Origin: Selaginella moellendorffii
Lineage: Eukaryota > Plantae > Lycopodiophyta
Direction: 5' to 3'
DNA length: 64,000 nt
Assembly (NCBI RefSeq): GCF_000143415.4
Contig: NW_003314360.1
Location: forward strand, 290,284-354,283
Shown here one piece after another: positions 51,701 to 61,325 of this stretch. How positions within the stretch are numbered: the stretch's first letter is position 1; each line of letters opens with the position of its first letter. The position numbers were made by a program, and so were the translations under genes. Under the pieces are notes generated by a model. That model did not search any database. It was not told the origin of the DNA and saw only the letters and a list, made by a program, of their open reading frames with translations.

Positions 51701-52923
51701 GGACAGGCTTAAGGTGGACCTTGAAAAGGTCCAAGCGATCTAGGAATGGGAACGACCATCAAATGTACACGAGTTAAGAACATTCTTGGGGTTATGCAAC
51801 TACTACTGAAAATTTATCAAACACTATTTGAAAGTAACCCTACCTTTAATAGACTAAACGGGAAAAGGGAAGATGGTATGGATAGTGGAATGTAAAGTGG
51901 CATTTATCCACCTCAAAGGGAAGTTGAGGAAGGCTCCCGTATTAGTGTTACCAGATTTTGGTAAGGACTTTGAAGTAAAAACGGATGCTTCAGACTTTGC
52001 ATTGGGTGCAATGTTGAAACAAGACAACCATTTAGTAGCATTTTTCTCAAAGAAGTTGGACAAGGCTCAGTAAAAGTAACTTACCCATGAGAAGGAATTA
52101 TTTGTGGCTCAGTAGAGTGCTTTGTGGTCAAGGAGCTCAAGGAGTGGCAACACCACCTTGGGAAACACTTCAAGGTTTACATGAACAATATGGCAATGAA
52201 ACACTTATTGTCATAGCCTAACCTGAAAGGGAAATAGAGTCGGTGGGCCAATGCTTTGGCTGAGTTTGGTTGTGAGATTTTCTATAAGTTTGGGAAGAGT
52301 AACATCGTGGCAGATGCACTAAGTCGAAAAGCAAGCTTGAAGTTGGCAATATCCAGTGCAACAACAACCTTTTGGGATGATGTGCGGACAACATATGAGA
52401 ATGATGGTCTAGCACAAGAAGTGTTGCTGAGGAACCTAGAGGTGCAAGAAGTTCACTAAAGAGGTGAGTTGCTAATAGAAGAAAAAATATGTTATGCAGA
52501 ACGCAATGGACTCATTTATTATAAACAAACAAGGGTGTATATTCTAGAAGGGGAACTAAGGAAGGTAGCCTTAAAAGAGTGTCATGACGGACCTCTTGCG
52601 GGACACGGCAGAGTGCCCAAAACAATAGGCTTACTCAAGAGGAAGTATTACTAGCCAGATATGGATAAGGACATCCAAGACTATGTAAAGACATGTCCAA
52701 CATGTAAGCAGGTCAAAGCCATGACTAAGGCTAGTGGGGGCTTATTACAAAGCATCCTAATTCCAAATCATCCATAGAAATGTCTTATGATGGATTTCAT
52801 CACGGGACTCCCCCCAAGTGAGGGGTTCGATACGATATTCATGGTGGTGGACCAATTTTTAAAGATGGCACATTTCATACCCACCACAACAGAAGTGGAT
52901 GCGGAAGGTGTGGCAAAGCTATT

Positions 52924-54546
52924 TGTAAGCGACTAAATTTTCCATTCTACTTTAGTCACTTAACCACACCTCTGACCACTTAGAGGAGTCTCACTCACAA
53001 CCTCCATAAGTCCTATTTTAGACTTAGGGACTTGCTAGCCCCAAGAATGGCATCCATGCCACTTAACCATTGCACTTGGTCCAAGTGCTCCACGTGTCCA
53101 ATCCAATGACCAGCACCCTAAGGTACCACCGACATATCAGCCCGTTACGCTAAGGCCATGCCCATTCACCTTGGTTACACCGGTGGTCTGACACCACCTC
53201 CATCTCAGTCCCATCTCTCAAAGACTGGGCTATCCGTCCATGAGCAATCATCCTAGATTCACTCCTTAGCATCCTTAGGATGCCTACAGACATGGGGAAT
53301 AGCCTTCCCCAATATCGCTTTTCCGGTCCCCACCAAGTCCCTTTCTGCTCATGGCCGTGTTTGCCAACACTGCCACTGGATCGAGGTGCACTGGCCCGAC
53401 CACTAAGTCCCACGGTCCTCTGTATCCTTGGTCACTACACCAAAGGACTACTCCTCTTCCTTTCCACAATCTAGGCCTTTGGGACAACATTTCGGAACAC
53501 CATAGCCTTACGTGAGCCTCATAGGTACTCTCCCCACCTTCTTCCTTTGGGTGCTCTAGCCATAGGCTTAGAGCGAGGTTCCGTTGAGCCACACTAGGTA
53601 TCCAAGTAGGTAGTGCCACCCACACTTGGACTGGGAGCATCGGCCAGTCGCTCTTCCGGGGGAACTAGAGCCAGCTCTTGAACACTTCACCAAGCTACCC
53701 CGCTTGTCGGTTTGTGTTCACTCTAGTCTTGGACTTCCCAGTGGGCAGCTCCTCACCCAACACTGGGTATAGCCTTCTTGGGCCAAATTGGCCTTTTCTG
53801 GCCAAACTGGCTTCACTGCAATCCTCCCCCTTACTATACTTTTGGAGCTCACCAAACCCCCTAGGGTCTGGGAGACAAACGCTTTGGGCTTTCACCCTCT
53901 CAGACTTGAACTCGGACTTGGACTCGGACTCGGGTTCGGACTCGGACTCGGCCTCGGTCTCGGCCTCGGTCTCGGCCTCGGTCTCGGTCCCGATCTTGGT
54001 CGCGGTCTCGGTTGCGGTCTTGGTCCCGGTCTCGGTCTTGACCTCAGACTCCATCTCGGGTCTTTCTCGAACTCCATCTCGGATTCCATCTCGGGTCCAT
54101 CTTGGACTCCATCGCAGGCTCCGTCTCGGTCCATCTCGGACTCCATCTCGGGTCCATCTCGGACTCCGTCTCAGTCCATCTTGGACTCCATCTCGGACTC
54201 CATCTTGGGTCCATCTCAGACTCCATCTTGAACTCTAACTTGGGTCCATCTTGGACTCCATCTCAGACTCCATCTCGGACTCCACCTTGGACTCCACCTC
54301 GGACTCCAACTTGGGTCCATCTCGGATTCCATCTCGAACACTTCCACGTGTCATGTGTTGGTCCTTTTGGGTCCCTTTTTGGAGCCTTGCTTATTGTTCG
54401 CTTCATGCTCGTTCCACTCCCGCTCTCGACCTTTCAAGTCGAAGCTTTTAGTCCAAACGTGTTATACTCGTTTGGCTTTCGCTTCGGCCACTACCATGTG
54501 GTGCCCTTTCAGCTTCACTTTGGGCCTTAGGGATTTGTGTCTCACA
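52924..54546. mobile_element. Solo LTR (1623 bp) inserted in the chromovirus integrase
   Basis: TG..CA ends; TSD CTATT (52919-52923, 54547-54551); removal restores GVAKLFFEQVV. Confidence 0.92.
53900..54335. repeat. CTCGG(A/T/C) and CTCGGACTCCAT tandem arrays within the solo LTR
   Basis: 6-bp then 12-bp periodic repeats. Confidence 0.9.
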
Positions 54547-54697
54547 CTATTCTTCGAACAAGTGGTTTGAGTGCGGGGAAGGCTAGAGGAGATCATCTCA
54601 AATTGAGATAAAATCTTCACCAGTAGGTTCTAGAGAACTTTCCTGGAACAGTATCGCACCAAGTTGAAATTCAGCATAGCTTATCACCCACAGACAG

Positions 54698-54744
54698 ATA
54701 TTAGGTATTAAGTCAAGTTGGATGGCACTAACACTTCTTGACAG
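54698..54744 (+). other. Putative spliceosomal intron 1 in integrase (47 nt; donor reads AT instead of GT)
   Basis: ACA G|atattagg...cactaac...gacag|AT GGA; removal restores YHPQTDGQTER. Confidence 0.6.
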
Positions 54745-55162
54745 ATGGACAAACGGAAAGGGTGAATAGGCAGCTGGAGGATTATTTGCGATGCTATGAT
54801 TCCGGAGACTAGACTGATTAGGTAAGTCATTTAGAACTTGCGGAAATATGCTATAACAACTCACCACACTTGAGTATTGAGGTAGGTCCATGGGAAGTCA
54901 TCAATGGGCGAGCTATTGAAGGTCCTATGGAACTCGGCATGTCTAAGTATCATGGAGAGTTACCTGTAATGGAGGCATTTATGGCGGAAAGACTCAACAT
55001 TTGAAATCTAGTGAGGGATTCCTTGGAACGGGCTCAACAAATGCAAACCAAGTATGCAAACCAGAAGTGCCGGGATGTAAAGTTCCAACCTAGGGAGAAG
55101 GTGTGGCTGAACACCAAGAATCTAAGGCTACCAATTGGGATCAGCTGGAAGTTGATCCAAAG

Positions 55163-55891
55163 GTAAATGCATGTATTGTAGCGTATGTGATCATTGGGTG
55201 AGATTTGGATATATTGTCACTGTGGATCCTTGGAACATTGGGGGATAAAATGGGGATAAAATAGCCACTAAGGGCTCTTTCACCAAACAATTGCCCCTTT
55301 TCCAGTTGACTTTAGGGGAGAGAGATAAGGTGTGCTACAGTTGGTATCGGAGCAAATGGCATGGGTTCAATTCCTATTGATTAGTGGCTACTTAAAATAT
55401 AATATACCCTTAAGCAAGGTATATTCCTACCCCTAAATTTGAAATCATACTTATTGGGCATCCATACGTACATCCTTCCTCTTGTGTGGAGTATCCATGG
55501 ACGAAGGTATCCACCGTGGGACTGCGGTACGGGTGGATGACTAGTTGCCTCACATGGAATAGCTAGTCTACATAATGAAAGGATTGGTAGACTGAGTGCG
55601 GAAATGGAGGTGTTGGTTCCCCTTGGCTCAGTAGGGGTTGTTAGTTAATAGTCAATGAGGACATTGATATCTCTAAAGGGGGGGTGAGTATAGCGCATGT
55701 GATCATGGGATGAGATTTGGATATACTGTCACCATAGATCCTTGGAACTTTGGGGGATAAATGGGGATAAAATAATCATTAAGGGCTCTCTCACCAAGCA
55801 ATTGCCCTTTTTCCAGTTGGCTTTAGGGGAGAGAGATAAGGTGCGTTACATGTATTCATAGAAATGAACTAATCCTGAGTTCCTTGAGCAG
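55163..55891 (+). other. Putative spliceosomal intron 2 in integrase (50 nt once the nested TRIM and one TSD are removed)
   Basis: CAA AG|gtaaat...actaat...gagcag|G TTC; removal restores KLIQRFVGPY. Confidence 0.72.
55177..55850 (+). mobile_element. Second TRIM (no 5S segment recognised), 674 bp
   Basis: Diverged LTRs 55177-55339 and 55689-55850; TSD TGTAT; PBS TGGTATCGGAGC; G-rich PPT immediately before 55689. Confidence 0.93.
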
Positions 55892-57006
55892 GTTCGTGGG
55901 GCCTTACGAGATTGAGGCACGAATTGGGAAGGTGGCTTACCACCTCCGACTTCCTCGAGAAATGGGGAGGATGCACCCTATGTTCCACGTGAACTTACTT
56001 AACCCGTACTTTGAGGATCTGCTTCGCAAGGACCAAATAAGATCTTTACTTGAGGTTATCCGATGGGAAGAGGAATACGAAGTCGAGGCCATCCTCAATG
56101 TGTGCAATAACAAGCGACAAAGACGCGAGGTGAGGGAGTTTCATGTGAAGTGGAAAGGATTTCTACACTATGAAGCAACATAGGAACCGGAGGAGAATCT
56201 AGCGAACGCGTGGGATCTAGTGGAGGATTTTTGCAAGGTAGAACTTTATGTATTTATGCAAAATTCAATTAAAGAATCTATTTTGAGAAATTGAGTAATG
56301 TCAATTGTTGGGACCCGAAGGCAAACTGGAGGTAAGTTAATTACCATGGGTTAGCTAGATCAACTAGGCGTAGGAAATTATGCCCGACTCCCCGCGGGAA
56401 TGTCGAATCCATAAATGTATTTTATGGAGGCTGGGTTCGAGTCCTAACCCCCTAGTAAAGCAAGGTTGTTCAAGTCCTAACCCCATACTAGGGCATGGTG
56501 AGGGGAGGGGTGTAGGGACACCTATACTCTGTTGTCATAGGCTCTTGGCTGAGGAGGCTAATTTAGGCACACTGCTAAGTGGGGGGATGCCCCCGGGAGA
56601 TATGGTCAACAAATCGTAGGATTAAAAAGAGGCATTTGGTGTGGGCATTGAACTTTTCTATGGGTGGTAGAGTTGTAAGGAAACTCCTCGAGGTGTCGAA
56701 GGCTAAAGGATCCCCGAAAGCACAACCAAAATGATAAATAGTTCATCGGATAAGACCAAGTCCGAGATCGAGTCCGAGGCCGACTCTAAGACAAAGATCA
56801 AGTCCGAGACCGACTCCGAGACCAAATTCGAGACCGAGTCCAAGACCAAGTTCACCCACTCTAGGAAGATAAACCGACTGTGGTGCTCCCAGCTCATGTG
56901 GAGTGGTGCCCCACTTGAGTACCTTGTTTGTCATCAGTCACCCAAAAAGATTAAGATTTTATGTGTAAACATTAAGGAGATGTTAGAAAAGGGTGTTATC
57001 AAAAGT

Positions 57007-57428
57007 NNNNNNNNNNNNNNNNNNNNNNNNNNNNNNNNNNNNNNNNNNNNNNNNNNNNNNNNNNNNNNNNNNNNNNNNNNNNNNNNNNNNNNNNNNNNNN
57101 NNNNNNNNNNNNNNNNNNNNNNNNNNNNNNNNNNNNNNNNNNNNNNNNNNNNNNNNNNNNNNNNNNNNNNNNNNNNNNNNNNNNNNNNNNNNNNNNNNNN
57201 NNNNNNNNNNNNNNNNNNNNNNNNNNNNNNNNNNNNNNNNNNNNNNNNNNNNNNNNNNNNNNNNNNNNNNNNNNNNNNNNNNNNNNNNNNNNNNNNNNNN
57301 NNNNNNNNNNNNNNNNNNNNNNNNNNNNNNNNNNNNNNNNNNNNNNNNNNNNNNNNNNNNNNNNNNNNNNNNNNNNNNNNNNNNNNNNNNNNNNNNNNNN
57401 NNNNNNNNNNNNNNNNNNNNNNNNNNNN
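57007..57428. other. Assembly gap
   Basis: Run of N. Confidence 1.
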
Positions 57429-60240
57429 ATGTGAACCTTATCTTATGATGAAACTTGATAGGAGTCTTCATTTTTGCATTAATTTCATCCATAAAATGAA
57501 GTGACAATCCTGAATGTGCACCCATCTTCCTCACACACATAATAAAGATTTTTGGATTATCTGGGGAGAAGTCATTAGTTCACCAAATTAGATTTTGCTT
57601 GGGTATTAACAAGTATTGATGACTGAAGAAGATATTCATAAGACTATTTTTTATACATTGTTTGGTTTATATAAGTTCTTGGTGATGCTGTTTGGTTTGA
57701 ATAATGTTATAGTAACTTTCCAGCAAATGATGAACGAGGTTCTTTGTAATATGCTAAAGGTGACTATTGACTTTATTGATGATGTCTTGATCCACTTGAA
57801 GGGGACATGGGAGGAATATGTCCATAATGTTTGTAAAGTGTTAGATTGACTACAGAAAGTTGGTTTAAAGCTGAAATGGTCAAAGTGCGTGTTTAGGTCC
57901 AAAGACATGACTTATCTTGGGTACCATATTTCCAATTGACCTTTCATTTTGCGCGTGGATGTTTTTGATACTATAGATTGTAAACTGTGAGTGGGTGTTT
58001 ACGGATCTTAAAGAGTTGTTGATGACTTCTCCAGTTTTAGTGTATCCTAACTACACTCAACCTTTCATTTTACTCGTGGATGCTTTTAATATTGGTCTTG
58101 GAAGTATGTTGATGCAAGAGAGCTCGAATGTGCATGGTTAACACCATCCTATTGCATATATAAACTATACATTATAATCAGTGGAGGCGAACTACATCAC
58201 AATAAAGAAGGAGTGTTTAGTAGTAGTTTGGGGTTTCAAGAAACTTTATGCATATTTACATGGTTCTTCGACATTATTGGAAGGTGATCATGTTGCCGTT
58301 ACTTCATTATTAAAGCAAAAGAATCTAGTTGGTCGTATTGCTCGGTGGGTTTTGAAGCTTCAGATATATGATTTTGATATTGTTCATCGCCTAAGGAGTT
58401 CTATAGCTGATGTTGATGCCCTTTCTTGAGCTCCTCTTTTTTCTTCACTCTCTTCTCATGTTTTTTACGAACCTGTTATTTCTACATTTGTGGAGTTTTT
58501 AGATGAGGATTCTATGTTGTCGGTGGTTGTTGTACTTGATGTTTAGTATCCATAAGGTGTAGAGCAAGATTTACCTTCTCTTAATGAGATTTGTGAGACT
58601 CAAAAGATTGAGCTATGGATTTGAAGGCTTTAAGATGGGTTTGAGAATCTTGCATTACTTGTTGATGACTTGCCATTTCGGCATTTAAATTCTCAATATT
58701 GCCTTGAAGACAACCTTCTTTATTTTGTAGGGATAAATTCTAATGATCATTTATGGCTGGTGGTGCTTTCAATCTTTACTCCATGGTTTCTCCATACTTA
58801 CCATAATTGTCCTATTTTAAGCAGCTGTCAGGAATCCCCCAATTCTTGCCACATTCCTAACTCTCACCGGATTCCTGACCTACAGACCACATTCCTGACT
58901 CTCGAGACACTTCCCTATTCCTAACTCTCGAGACACTTCCCTATTCCCGACTCTCTGATTCCTGAGTCTCGAGCCACATTCCTGATGATGATGTGGCACC
59001 TCCTCGACCTCAGCTATATTTAGTCCGTCCTCGATCCAAGAGTGATGGAGCTTCATCAACCTATAGTATATATAAGTTAGCCTTGTTCCATTTCTCCACA
59101 ATCTGAATCAACGCCAGTCTAAGGCTTCTTCTTTGTTTTCACTTGCTTTTCTCTTTGTCTTTTGCATTTTCCAGTCTTGATCTTGTTGGGGGTCTTGACA
59201 GTTTGATTTAGATTGTGCTTTTTGCTTTTGCTTTAGCTCGTTTCGATTGTTTGATTGCCTTTGTCTTTTTCCTCCTTTTTTTCTTTCTTCTTGTTGATAG
59301 AGTCTCCAAGCCATCCTGATTTCTTTGCTGAAGTCCTTGCAAAAATCCAATCTGAGAATACCAAGCTGAAGGCAACCCTTCTTCGCATGCAGCAGGAGCT
59401 TGCTTCACTTTCGGTTCAAGGATCCAGCAAAGTTCTTGAACCGAAGGTGAGTTTCCCGGCGAAATTTTCAGGCAAGCGTTCGGAGCTTCACGGATTTTTG
59501 AACTAAATGGAGCTGATCTTTGCACTTCAACATTGGCGGTACCCCACTTCCGAGTCTCAAATCAGCGCGATTGGGACGTTGCTCGAAGGTGCAACTTTGT
59601 CATGGTTTTTTCCTCTATTGGAGAAGAGCATGAAAGGGGTCGTGGTTTCGGAGGTGATGGATCTTCAATTGTTCAAAGAGAAGCTCGAAGCATGTTTTGG
59701 CGAGACGGATCGGGTTTGGGCTGCTACCACAAAGATGGGACGTCTCTCTCAGTGGTCTCATCCTGCCTCGATCTACGCTGCAGAATTCCAACTCCTTGCT
59801 TTGGACACTCAGTGGGATGAGTGGGCCCTGATTGACCAATTTCATTTTGGCCTCAACAATGGTGTCAAGGATTTATTGCTCACCATGGAGGATCCCAAGG
59901 ACCTGTCGGACGCCATCAACAAAGCTATTCGATGTGACAATCGTCTCTTTGAATGTCGTCAGGAAAGTCGCCGCGCCTCTATTTTTCCGTTCCAAACTCA
60001 GGAATCCCAGCTTGAGTCTTTGGGGCATACTCCTGAACCTACTGCTCTAGTCCCAATGGATATTTCTGGTACTCCCCGACTCATTAGAGGGAAGTTGAGT
60101 CCTGCTGAGAAGCAACATCGAATATCTCATAATCTTTGCCTCTACTGTGTTGATCCTAATCACAAAGCAGCTGTGTGTCCCAAGAAGCCTCCCCGACTGC
60201 TCGAGTTCACTCTGCCTCAAAGTCCACCTCTGTTGCAGTC

Positions 60241-60247
60241 GGGAAAC
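60241..60247 (+). promoter_or_regulatory. Putative -1 ribosomal frameshift slippery site G GGA AAC
   Basis: In phase with gag codons, 19 nt before the gag stop (60266); the pol ORF is in the -1 frame. Confidence 0.75.
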
Positions 60248-61036
60248 AACACTGTCCAAATAAAGTAGGAGTTGTCTATTTGGACTCCCTGAATAAAAAT
60301 CACTTTTTTTCTTTATTAAGCTCCTCACCACCTTTCATCAAAGCCACCACCAATTCCCGCAACTTCCGTGTCCCATGTCTCCTTTCTTTCATCGGACAAT
60401 TAGGACTCAAGGCTCTGGCGCTACTGGACTCAAGTGCAACTTCCTGCTTCATGGACACGGACTTTGCTGCCCGACATCACATTCCTCTTTCTCCTACCAT
60501 ATGGGATCTAAGGGTTGAAGGCATCAGCGGGCATTTTGTGTCTCCATCTTCTGGACTTAGGGAAACATTGCCCATTCGAGTACACATCAGGTCCACCATC
60601 ACCGATATCGCCTTCAACATCATCAACAGCAAGTCCTCCTCTGTGGTGCTCGGTCTTCTTTGGTTCCAACTACATCAGCCTCAGATCTGTTGGAAGGAAT
60701 TACAGCTCATCTCTCCCACATCACCATCTCCCACGGCTTCCCTTGCTATTCATCGAGTCCGAATCAGGAAAAGTTCTCTAAACTCAAATCGGGGTTCTGT
60801 TCCTGACTCTACGAAGTTTTCACCCTCTTTTTTTTCCTCTCTTCCATCTTACACTGGACAATATCCTCGTTTCATCATTCCATTTAGTCGTACACCTCCT
60901 CTTATCTCCACAATCATTATGAAAGAACTCCTTCATGAAGAATCTATTTTCCTTTTTGCTTTACATGTTTTTCCTGTCAGTCTTCCTGAGAAGTATCATG
61001 ATTTTGGGGATGTGTTTGAGAAGTAAAAAGCTAGTG

Positions 61037-61325
61037 TATGCTTTATTTCGTTAAAGTGGAACTTATTCAGTAAAGTGGGACATTAATTAGCATGTGTCCA
61101 CATGCCATTTCCTAATACTTAATTAATATTTATTAATATTTCTATCAGTTTTTTAATTTATTTTTTATATTTCACAATATTATAACACAAAATCATATGA
61201 AAAGTTTTTAATTTATAAATTATAAAGCTAAAACTTCAATTTTTTATTGTTGTTATAAAAATGGCATGTGGCCACACACCATAAGTGGGATAATGAAAAG
61301 TTCCACTTTAACGAAATAAAGCATG
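61037..61325. mobile_element. MITE (~289 bp, AT-rich, probable TA target; Tc1/mariner-like)
   Basis: TIRs ATGCTTTATTTCGTTAAAGTGGAAC / GTTCCACTTTAACGAAATAAAGCAT; extra subterminal inverted repeat; removing 291 bp restores KASILPVH of pol. Confidence 0.88.

Larger units (their letters stand above)
48457..56850 (+). mobile_element. Ty3/Gypsy chromovirus (decayed): gag-PR-RT-RH-INT-chromodomain
   Basis: 5' LTR 48457-49133, degenerate Met PBS TGGTATTGAAGC; zinc knuckle CYNCGEVGHFSKKC; IFIDTGAS; [15 protein letters not shown]; TDASD; GH.G..KT, MDFITGLP; GPY; chromodomain EEYEVEAIL..VKWKGF; PPT then 3' LTR from 56674, truncated ~56850. Confidence 0.93.
46040..58825 (+). mobile_element. Decayed Ty3/Gypsy element (family A, copy 2), host of nested insertions
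   Basis: LTR ending CA at ~46267, then PBS-like TAGTGGAGATAAGAGG; gag remnant 46480-47300; protease ALVDTGSS split at 47559/48153; RT remnants 56900-57930 (FGLNN, FIDDVLIH); RNase H KECL..W 58030-58430; homologous to 5660-9265. Confidence 0.8.

Noticed and set aside
52101-52127. Small insert in the RNase H region
   Set aside because: Flanked by a TTTGTGG duplication and only about 20 nt; a slippage/repair event, not an intron.
52464-52499. GTGAGT..GCAG possible third intron in the chromovirus pol
   Set aside because: 36 nt, in frame, no stop, in a variable linker; removal is not required, so it is unsupported.
53678-54530. Long repetitive ORFs (ESE/GLG/PRP/SRTP-rich) and a CRISPR-like look
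   Set aside because: By-products of 6/12-bp tandem repeats inside an LTR; no unique spacers.
56239-56345. AT-rich intron-like stretch after the chromodomain
   Set aside because: A GT donor-like site is present, but there is no conserved downstream motif to test a splice against.
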